From a virus (taxonomy: Duplodnaviria > Caudoviricetes): DNA of 42,027 nucleotides. Shown in pieces: positions 35,702 through 42,027 of the stretch (position 1 is its first letter; every line of letters begins with the position of its first letter). Location: the IMG/VR virus record IMGVR_UViG_3300037483_001069, positions 1 through 42,027 of that record. One strand, 5' to 3'. Position numbers and translations under genes: made by a program. The notes under the pieces are model-generated. The model was given only the letters and a program-made list of their open reading frames with translations. It had not been told where the DNA came from and made no database searches.

Positions 35702-35818
35702 ATGGAACACGGCGGCGGCGACTGCCCACGATCCGAGATTGACCGCCTCGACCCCATCGAAAAGCGGCTGGCCGCGCAGGTCGCCGCCATCCTCAGCATC
35801 GCCAAGAAGCTGCCGTGA
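35702..35818 (+). CDS. 38-aa small protein MEHGGGDCPRSEIDRLDPIEKRLAAQVAAILSIAKKLP
   Basis: RBS GGGAGGA; GTGA-coupled to next gene. Confidence 0.45.
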   Translation: MEHGGGDCPRSEIDRLDPIEKRLAAQVAAILSIAKKLP

Positions 35819-37110
35819 TCGCCGAACCCGCCGGCATCGCCGGCGTCCGCCCCGTCGATCCGGTCGCCGTATCGCTCACCGTCGGCGTGCGATCCGCCGC
35901 CGGCCAGCCGGTCGGCAACGACAGCTTCCACCTCATGTCCGCCGGGACCGAGAAGAAGGACTACCCCGGTCGCGGCGGCAAGACCTGGAAGGCGCACACC
36001 AGGTCGCCCCACCCCTCCTTCGCCGCGCTGCACGCGCGGATCGCCGACGGCGAGAACCTGACCGTCATCCGCGGGCAGCTGGTCCACGCGCGGATGGAGG
36101 ACTGCTTCGCGTGGTATAGGGCGGCGCAGAAGCTCCCTGGTAAGTGGCCCGGCCACCCCGACGAAGTTCCGTCCTGCCGCGGCGACGGCCGCACCGCCAT
36201 CCGCTACTACGGCGAGGCGGGCAAGCTTGACGACTTCCGGTCGATCGTCTGCCCGAACCGGGCGTGCGAGTTCGCGGAGATCTGCAAGCCGAAGGGCAAG
36301 CTGTTGTTCATGTTGCGCTGGCCGAAGCATGACCACCCGGCCCTGCTCTGTAAGTGGGCGACGCAGAGCTGGCGCAACATCAAGGGCGTGCTCGGATTGT
36401 TCGAGCTGGTCTTCGGCACCGAGTACGTGGTGTCGGACCCGCAGCCCGGCGAGCCCGTCCGGGCTGGCATGGTCCAGGCTTTCGGGCTGCAGCCGGAGGA
36501 CGTGTCCCTGGTAGGGCTGCCATTCCAGCTGACCCTCGGCCGAGGGACGCGGCCAAGCAAGGGCGCCAGCTTCCCGCTGGTCGCGATCTCCCCCGACGGA
36601 GACCTGGGCGCATGGCTGGAATTCCAGACGCAGCGGGCGCGGATGCTCCAGGGCGGTGGTGACCGAATCGCCCTACCGACCGCCACCATCGCAGACGACC
36701 GGCCGGCAGAGCCTGGAGACTTCGGGGCGATCTCGGTGCCGGTGGTCGAGGACCTCGTCGAGGGAGAGGAAGTCGGAGCGGAGGGCGGCCCCCGGCCGCA
36801 GGCCGCGACGCCGGCCGCCGCAGAGCCGCCACTTTCCGCGGTTGGCCCATCCTCCGCCCAGCGCCTCGACGAGATGGGAGACGAACGTCGCACCGACGCC
36901 GAGATGGAGCGCCTCGACGGTGCCCGCAAGCTGACCTCCATCAGTCGTCGCGCCGTCCAGAAAGAGTCCGTCCGGCGCTTCGGGGTCATTCCTCGCTTCC
37001 TCGGGCTTCAGCAGCTCGCCACGCTGGTCTCCTGGCTCGATGCCGGCGGGGTGGACCCGCCAGAGCAGCCCGCGTCCGAGCCGACACAAGCCGGGCTGTT
37101 TGGGGGTTGA
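35815..37110 (+). CDS. Gp3-like / recombination-directionality-factor-like protein
   Basis: G.R...G.P...D.F, CRGDG..A, C....C....CKP.G.L.F.L, W.TQSW.N, L.GLPF.L.L motifs recalled for the phiBT1/phiC31 gp3-like family. Confidence 0.6.
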   Translation: MIAEPAGIAGVRPVDPVAVSLTVGVRSAAGQPVGNDSFHLMSAGTEKKDYPGRGGKTWKAHTRSPHPSFAALHARIADGENLTVIRGQLVHARMEDCFAWYRAAQKLPGKWPGHPDEVPSCRGDGRTAIRYYGEAGKLDDFRSIVCPNRACEFAEICKPKGKLLFMLRWPKHDHPALLCKWATQSWRNIKGVLGLFELVFGTEYVVSDPQPGEPVRAGMVQAFGLQPEDVSLVGLPFQLTLGRGTRPSKGASFPLVAISPDGDLGAWLEFQTQRARMLQGGGDRIALPTATIADDRPAEPGDFGAISVPVVEDLVEGEEVGAEGGPRPQAATPAAAEPPLSAVGPSSAQRLDEMGDERRTDAEMERLDGARKLTSISRRAVQKESVRRFGVIPRFLGLQQLATLVSWLDAGGVDPPEQPASEPTQAGLFGG

Positions 37111-37136
37111 CGGGCCGATCGATCATGGTGTAGATT
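37107..37136 (+). promoter_or_regulatory. Promoter TTGACG-N18-TAGATT, probably giving leaderless mRNA
   Basis: -10 ends 7 nt before ATG 37144 and no SD is present. Confidence 0.55.
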
Positions 37137-37143
37137 CCGGTCT

Positions 37144-37383
37144 ATGACACGAGCGAGGGTTCTAGCCGCCGCGCTGGCGAAGTGCGGTGGCGTCCAGACG
37201 ATCCTGGCAAAGAGGCTCGGCGTCAATCCCCGGGTTCTGTCGCGGTGGCTCGGCGGCGGTCCCGGTCCGGGTCGTCGCTACCTCGTCCCGCTGGCAGAGA
37301 TCGCCGGCGTCGACCCCGTGGACGTTCTGGAGGTGGACATCCTGGCTGGGGCGAGGGGTTGGCGCGGCATGAGGGCGCAATGA
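37144..37383 (+). CDS. XRE-family HTH regulator (Cro-like)
   Basis: Q..LAKRLGV....LSRW..G...P......LA...GV pattern; 79 aa; precedes replication initiator. Confidence 0.85.
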   Translation: MTRARVLAAALAKCGGVQTILAKRLGVNPRVLSRWLGGGPGPGRRYLVPLAEIAGVDPVDVLEVDILAGARGWRGMRAQ

Positions 37384-38354
37384 AGGGCGGCCACATCCCG
37401 GTCCACATTCAGCGGTGGTCGCCAGCCGACTACCAGACTGACCCCTACGTGAAGCTGCTCCTCCGCCGTCAGGACTACGAAACTCTGACGTTCTACCGGC
37501 AGTTCATCGACATCAGCTTCCTGCAGGGCGGCGATCTGCCGGCCGACATCGAGCTGTTGGCCGCTGCCGTAGACATGCCGGAAGAGGCGGTCTCCCGCGC
37601 CCTCGAGCGGTGCCTCAACCGACTGGTCTTCGTCGACGGCGATCGGCTGTATCAACTCCGAGTCCGCCGCGAGATTCGCAAGGAGCTGGAGTTCCGGGAC
37701 GGCCAGGGACAATCCGGCTACCGCGGCGGCAAGGCCAGCGGCGCAGCCCGCCGCGCGAAGGCTCAGCGAAGGCTCAGTGAAGGCTCAGTGAAGGCTAGCC
37801 TTCAAGGCCACAACCAAGGCGATGATGGCGACGAATCGAAGGCTCGTCCGAAGGCTACATTGAAGGCTCATCGAAGCCCGCCGGCGCCTACGCCGGCGCC
37901 TACGCCTTCTCCCTCCCCTACTGCTGCACCTCCCTCTCAAACAGCATCATCCGTGGCGTCTCCCCCCCTCGACGGAGCCGCCGCCGAAGACGTCGCCGGC
38001 GATGATGCTGCCGGCGCGGATGCCGGAGTGGGACAAGGCCCAGAAGCGAAGACCGAACTGCTGCGGGTCTTTGCCGAGATGCTGAATAGCAGACCGACGG
38101 CCGGTGACGGAGCGGTCGCAGTCGAGCTGGCACGGGAGGGCGTCTCGCCAAAGATTCTTCGCGCGGCGATGGTCCTAGCCCTTGGCCGAACGGCCGGCAA
38201 CGGTTCCGCTTCCCCCCGCAGCCTCGCCTACTTCCGCCCCGTGATCGAGGAGCTGCTGGCCGACCCGAACGCCGACGGACGCTACCTCGACTACGTGATC
38301 ACTACCCAGGGCCGGATCTCGGCGGCTCGTCGAGCCGTCCGACGCGGCTCGTGA
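37380..38354 (+). CDS. Phage replication initiator (YdaU/DUF1376-like)
   Basis: ATGA-coupled start MKGGHIP; W.PADY.TD, Y...ID..F...G.LP.D...LA, LYQ.RV..E, G.RGGKAS, central low-complexity repeat region, P.SLAYF C-terminus. Confidence 0.8.
   Translation: MKGGHIPVHIQRWSPADYQTDPYVKLLLRRQDYETLTFYRQFIDISFLQGGDLPADIELLAAAVDMPEEAVSRALERCLNRLVFVDGDRLYQLRVRREIRKELEFRDGQGQSGYRGGKASGAARRAKAQRRLSEGSVKASLQGHNQGDDGDESKARPKATLKAHRSPPAPTPAPTPSPSPTAAPPSQTASSVASPPLDGAAAEDVAGDDAAGADAGVGQGPEAKTELLRVFAEMLNSRPTAGDGAVAVELAREGVSPKILRAAMVLALGRTAGNGSASPRSLAYFRPVIEELLADPNADGRYLDYVITTQGRISAARRAVRRGS
37757..37879 (+). repeat. Iteron array (GAAGGCT core), putative replication origin
   Basis: GAAGGCT at 37757, 37768, 37779, 37790 (11-bp period), then 37838, 37850, 37862 (12-bp period) plus degenerate GAAGCCC at 37873, all inside the initiator gene. 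Confidence 0.8.
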
Positions 38355-38428
38355 GAAAACGTTGCGCTATTGTTTGACACCACTAATCCCCGACCTCGGC
38401 CTGACGCGGGGCGGAAAGGAGAGACGCG

Positions 38429-39274
38429 ATGAAGACCAGGAGCACTCGGAGGGTAGCACTCGCGGCCGCCACGCTGGTGGCACTGCTCGCCGTCGGCCAG
38501 CCGGCACACGCCGGACTCGGGAAGTACCTCGGGAACCTCAGCCGGGCGGCGATGGGTCGCAGTGGGGGCCCGACCCTCGACGGCTTCGCCGCCTCGCCAC
38601 CGCTCGGCGCGGTGGAGGCCGGATGCGCGGAGGTCGTGTTCGTGACGACCGTCGGTGGCGATCCCTCGAGGCCGTCGCTGATGGCGCGGTTCTGTGGGGA
38701 GAGCGGCGTGGTAGGGAACAAGATTCAGCAAGGCTCGCGGATGAAGCTCAGGAAGTACGAGCTGATCGCCGGTGACGGCCTACCGGTTGCACTCGTTGCC
38801 CAGAAGGCGGCTGGCGGGTGGAAGGCCAGCTGGTCGAAGGGCGACAGCGACCTGCTGCTCGCGAAGGGTTACTTGGTACTCGGCGCGGCATTGAGTCGCG
38901 ACCCCGAGACCTACAGAAGGGTTTTCGATCAACTTCCAGGGCAGGAGGCGCTGCTCCAACGCCAGCTCGGCATGATCAACGCCGCCGCCGAACCGAGTAG
39001 CGGCGCGATCGGCTCGGCCTTCGGTGCGATCGTCTCGCAATCGGCCACCGGACCCGGCGACCGGGAATCATCCGTACCGGGACCCGTAGTCGCTCCGCCG
39101 GCGCCGGCACCGCAAGCGGACCCGGCCTGCACGCTGACCTTGCGCGCCCTCGACCTCCAGCTCACACGACTCCAGCAGCTGGTCAAAGGTGGCGCTCCGT
39201 TGCCTGTCATCGCCGGCGACCTCGATCTCTGCCGGCAGACGGCGGCGGCGTTTCTTGGGGCCCCACCGAAGTGA
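38429..39274 (+). CDS. Exported hypothetical protein
   Basis: RBS AAGGAG; signal peptide MKTRSTRRVALAAATLVALLAVGQPAHA; 4 Cys. Confidence 0.7.
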   Translation: MKTRSTRRVALAAATLVALLAVGQPAHAGLGKYLGNLSRAAMGRSGGPTLDGFAASPPLGAVEAGCAEVVFVTTVGGDPSRPSLMARFCGESGVVGNKIQQGSRMKLRKYELIAGDGLPVALVAQKAAGGWKASWSKGDSDLLLAKGYLVLGAALSRDPETYRRVFDQLPGQEALLQRQLGMINAAAEPSSGAIGSAFGAIVSQSATGPGDRESSVPGPVVAPPAPAPQADPACTLTLRALDLQLTRLQQLVKGGAPLPVIAGDLDLCRQTAAAFLGAPPK

Positions 39275-39386
39275 CGCGCACACGCCATCGCGATCTGAAC
39301 AGACGGAAACCGTTCTTCGGGTAGTAGACTGACCACAAACCGCCGTTCCTCGCCGAGAGCGACAACGGCCAAAAGGAGGAAAACCG

Positions 39387-39809
39387 ATGAAGCTGCACCG
39401 CACCGCTCTCGCGTTCCTCGCCGCCGTCATCTCGGCCGGGCTGACGGCCTGCCCCAAGCCGGAGACGAAGGTCTATCTGCAGAACCCGACCGACCCCGGC
39501 CTGCCCACCTGCACTGCGCCAACGACCAACAACGCCGCGGTCATTGCGCAAGCCCCGGGCAGTTGCTCCGCGGCCGGCCCCTGCATCGCCAACTACTCCG
39601 TCAGCAGCAGCGCGGCCAAGCGGACCGCCTGGAGTTTCCCCGGGGCGCAGCCCTCGGAGGCGGAGTCCTTCAGCGGCGTGATCGCCTACAAGGCTCCCGG
39701 CATCTACGTCTGGAGCAACATCCTCTGCACCTCGACGGCGGCAGACGACCCCATGAACGCCTGCTGTCGCCAGACCACGAACACGGTCACGTTTGTCGAG
39801 GGCGGGTAG
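39387..39809 (+). CDS. Lipoprotein with PKD/Ig-like domain
   Basis: RBS AAGGAG; lipobox LTA|C; WSFPGAQP and Y.APG.Y PKD-like motifs; Cys-rich. Confidence 0.75.
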   Translation: MKLHRTALAFLAAVISAGLTACPKPETKVYLQNPTDPGLPTCTAPTTNNAAVIAQAPGSCSAAGPCIANYSVSSSAAKRTAWSFPGAQPSEAESFSGVIAYKAPGIYVWSNILCTSTAADDPMNACCRQTTNTVTFVEGG

Positions 39810-39825
39810 GCCTCGCTCGGTGGAC

Positions 39826-39867
39826 GCCCCGGCCGTGCTTCAAACTCTTGGCCGGGGCCTCTTTTTT
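39826..39867 (+). terminator. Rho-independent terminator
   Basis: GCCCCGGCC / GGCCGGGGC stem followed by CTCTTTTTT, just after lipoprotein stop. Confidence 0.7.
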
Positions 39868-39949
39868 GGATTCGAGCGGGGGATGCTAGACGGCCTGTGG
39901 TATCCTCCTGTCCGCATGAAGATCACCACAGTCGCGAGCTTGGACTGAC

Positions 39950-40429
39950 ATGTTCGACGACCTCTCCAACGCCCAGAAGGCGATGCTCGTCTCGGGCGTG
40001 CTTCTCGCCTACATCGGACCGGTGGTGGCGGACTGGATGAAGCGCTACGCCTGGCTGCGCGAGCGGGCGGTCACGGTCAACTTCCTGGTGACGGCCACTG
40101 CGTTCCTGATCCCGTGGGCCATCGCAACCGGCGGCGACCTCAGCACGCTGCTCGACTACGTCCTTCTCGGCTCCGGCGTCGCCGGCATGACCGGAGCCGC
40201 CGAGAACATGAAGCGCACCAGCGCCACCAACCGACTGCTGACCGAGGGCCAACGGATCGCCGCTGCCCTGCCGCCGCTGTCGCCGGAGCACGCGGCCATC
40301 CCGCCGGCCGCGCTCGGCGACCCGGCCTACCTGCGGCGACTGCTGGCCGTCGCGGAGGGGCGGGCGAGCGCCACCGCCGCCATCGATCAGCCGCCGGCGG
40401 CCGCCGACGCCACCGAGGGCCCGAAATGA
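39950..40429 (+). CDS. Membrane protein (holin-like, 2-3 TM)
   Basis: Hydrophobic segments MLVSGVLLAYIGPVV, VNFLVTATAFLIPWAI, YVLLGSGVAGMTG; short size. Confidence 0.5.
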   Translation: MFDDLSNAQKAMLVSGVLLAYIGPVVADWMKRYAWLRERAVTVNFLVTATAFLIPWAIATGGDLSTLLDYVLLGSGVAGMTGAAENMKRTSATNRLLTEGQRIAAALPPLSPEHAAIPPAALGDPAYLRRLLAVAEGRASATAAIDQPPAAADATEGPK

Positions 40430-40929
40430 TCACCCTGCTCACGCTTGCCGCCGTCTACCTCGTGGGGCTCTTGGTGTACGATGCCCAGCCATTCAACGGC
40501 CTGATCGTCGCGGCCGTAGTCGTGCCGCACGTGATCGAGGAGCGGGCGCTCGGCTTCCGCGGCTGGATCAACGCCCTGGTGTCGGGCAACGGCTACAACC
40601 GCTACCGCCCGATCGGGAGTTTGGAGGCCGCGTTTCAGGGCATCGCCCTGCTGGTCGCCCTGCCGTGTCTCGCCCATCTCGGCGGCGCGTGGCTCGCTGG
40701 CGCCATCGGCTTCATGGCTGCCGACCTCGCTCAGCACGTCGGGATTGCCTTCCGCCCGCCGGGCGAGGCAAGCCCCGGCCAGATCACGGCGGGGCTGCTC
40801 TACGGGCCGGTCTGCTGGCACTTCCACGACGCGGCCTTCGATCACCCCGTTGCCGCCGGCGTCGGCGCGCTGGCGCTGGGGCTCAATCTCGCGCTCGCCT
40901 TCGCCAGAGCACGGCGGATAGCGTGGTAG
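40426..40929 (+). CDS. HXXEE-domain integral membrane protein
   Basis: PHVIEE motif, N/D...H (DLAQH), SPG.ITA.LL..P motif; multiple TM segments. Confidence 0.75.
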   Translation: MITLLTLAAVYLVGLLVYDAQPFNGLIVAAVVVPHVIEERALGFRGWINALVSGNGYNRYRPIGSLEAAFQGIALLVALPCLAHLGGAWLAGAIGFMAADLAQHVGIAFRPPGEASPGQITAGLLYGPVCWHFHDAAFDHPVAAGVGALALGLNLALAFARARRIAW

Positions 40930-40940
40930 GCTCCGGTCAT

Positions 40941-41016
40941 CGCGCGTAGGGGAGAGGCCGTCCCCGCCTGGCTCACTCCCAGGAGATCGCGGGTTCGAAT
41001 CCCGCCGCCGCAACCA
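40941..41016 (+). tRNA. Atypical tRNA or pseudo-tRNA, anticodon CAC on an initiator-tRNA-like body
   Basis: D stem GGGG/CCCC, anticodon stem CCTGG/CCAGG with loop CTCACTC, T arm GCGGG-TTCGAAT-CCCGC, encoded ACCA end; acceptor 5' strand one base short. Confidence 0.7.
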
Positions 41017-41021
41017 CCCCC

Positions 41022-41057
41022 TTGACAGCTGGCCCGCAATCGTCTACGCTGTAGACG
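41022..41057 (+). promoter_or_regulatory. Promoter TTGACA-N17-TACGCT with overlapping inverted repeat CGTCTAC-GCT-GTAGACG (putative operator)
   Basis: Read directly from sequence: -35 at 41022, -10 at 41045, palindrome 41041-41057. Confidence 0.65.
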
Positions 41058-41184
41058 GATGGATGAGACGGGCAACCGCAGTACCCACCTAGAATCCACC
41101 CTTGACCGCTCCGGGTCGTCGGCCAGGCCCGTCTCATCCGCTGGTCTTCGGCCGGTGACTCGGGGCGGCAAGATGGGGGGGGCG

Positions 41185-41505
41185 ATGACCACCGAATCGA
41201 CCTACTCGGTCGCCGAGATCAGCTGCGACCACTGCCGCGGCGGCGTCAGCGACATCGTCCGCGGCGATCAGGTACTCTGCCGGGACGTGCCGTGCGACTA
41301 CTGCCGGGACGGCGTCGAGGCGTATGCCATCATGTTCAACGGCGAGATCGACCTGGTCGTCGTCGAGCTGCGCGCTCGCGCCTTCGCCCGCGCCGACGCC
41401 GACGAGCTGGCGGCCGCGCTCAACCTCATCAACGACGCGGCGATGGCGGCCTACGTGGCCGCGCACTACGAACGGCACGGCGAGCTGCCGGCGGTGGTGA
41501 CGTGA
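41185..41505 (+). CDS. Small zinc-finger-like hypothetical protein
   Basis: CDHC..G......PCDYC..G motifs; G-rich SD before ATG 41185. Confidence 0.55.
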   Translation: MTTESTYSVAEISCDHCRGGVSDIVRGDQVLCRDVPCDYCRDGVEAYAIMFNGEIDLVVVELRARAFARADADELAAALNLINDAAMAAYVAAHYERHGELPAVVT

Positions 41506-41765
41506 CCTCCTTCTCCTACACCGACGCCGTGACCAGGATCGGCGAGGGTCGCACCACGCAGGCCAGGAAGCGGCTGCTCGTTGCCGAAGCGCTCGCGGCT
41601 GCCGGGGTCACGGGCGTCGGTCTCCAGCGGTCGATGGCCGAGGAAGCCGCCGGCGACGTTGTCGCTCCCGAGCGATTCATGCTCACCGGCTACGGCGAGA
41701 TCGCGAGCCGACTCGGCGCCGCGACGGCAGCGGTGCGGCGTGCAGTGGCGGAGGGGCGGCGATGA
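41502..41765 (+). CDS. Hypothetical protein
   Basis: GTGA/ATGA coupling. Confidence 0.5.
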   Translation: MTSFSYTDAVTRIGEGRTTQARKRLLVAEALAAAGVTGVGLQRSMAEEAAGDVVAPERFMLTGYGEIASRLGAATAAVRRAVAEGRR

Positions 41766-42027
41766 GGCTCCTCTTCCACCTCCGCTGCGGCGACGTCCTC
41801 GCCGCCCAGCCCGAGATCCGCCGGTGCAAGTGCGGCCAGACCTCCATCCGGGTCGACGGCGCCGTCGTCGAGCTGACCGGCGATGAGGCGGAAGTCATCG
41901 CCGTCCCGGACGTCGACCTGATCGCCGGCTACGAACGCTGGACCGACCAGGGCGGCGAGCACCCGGCGTTGGTGCGGGCGTTCCTGCTCGCCCACAACTG
42001 CCTCGACGTTCCGGCGGTCGAAGAAGG
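41762..42027 (+). CDS. Hypothetical zinc-ribbon protein (partial, runs off window)
   Basis: MRLLFHLRCGDVL...RRCKCG..SI.VDG; RBS GGAGG; open to window end. Confidence 0.55.
   Translation, partial: MRLLFHLRCGDVLAAQPEIRRCKCGQTSIRVDGAVVELTGDEAEVIAVPDVDLIAGYERWTDQGGEHPALVRAFLLAHNCLDVPAVEE

Larger units (their letters stand above)
1..42027. mobile_element. Siphovirus-like phage/prophage genome segment
   Basis: Continuous phage gene content and modular order across the whole window; no att site or integrase visible. Confidence 0.95.

Noticed and set aside
37757-37879. Repeats as a mini-CRISPR array
   Set aside because: Units are only 11-12 bp with no unique spacers and lie inside a coding sequence; they fit iterons
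40972-40978. Reading the loop as a UCA (Sec/opal suppressor) anticodon
   Set aside because: With the 5-bp stem and 7-nt loop, positions 34-36 are CAC; no long variable arm and TGA is used as a normal stop throughout
40941-41016. tRNA as attB/attP or prophage boundary
   Set aside because: Phage-like genes continue on both sides, no duplicate of the tRNA 3' arm was noticed and no integrase is present in the window
1-42027. Host taxon assignment and contractile tail
   Set aside because: Sequence alone indicates only a high-GC host with Sec/Tat/lipoprotein pathways; no sheath or baseplate wedge genes seen, so not myovirus-like

Overview
The whole window is a GC-rich tailed-phage or prophage genome segment with siphovirus-type organisation. 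No host genes, integrase, terminase/portal or CRISPR array are visible. 1-21.9 kb (+) is virion morphogenesis: the 3' end of an HK97-type major capsid gene, decoration and head-tail joining genes, two tandem tail-tube-like genes, a tail assembly chaperone with an in-phase -1 slippery site (G GGT TTA), a 1668-aa tape measure, tail-tip proteins and a conventional tail fibre. Inserted between the neck gene and the presumed tail terminator is a translationally coupled cassette (3.2-9.9 kb). It encodes an 884-aa Cys-paired tail-fibre-like protein with a Sec-type signal peptide, a twin-arginine (Tat)-signal lectin-like protein, an Asp-box sialidase-like protein and another signal-peptide protein; this is the best candidate for an undescribed system. 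21.7-31.5 kb is mostly leftward: small ORFs, an isolated rightward amidase, HNH, Gp37/Gp68, ParB-like, HerA-like ATPase, RusA, metallopeptidase and an HTH gene. 31.5-38.4 kb (+) is recombination/replication: SbcC-like ATPase, frameshifted DnaQ-like exonuclease, PD-(D/E)XK nuclease, Gp3/RDF-like protein, Cro-like HTH and an initiator with internal iterons. 38.4-42 kb carries exported and membrane proteins and an odd initiator-like tRNA with a CAC anticodon. All family calls come from motifs recognised by eye; no database search was run.
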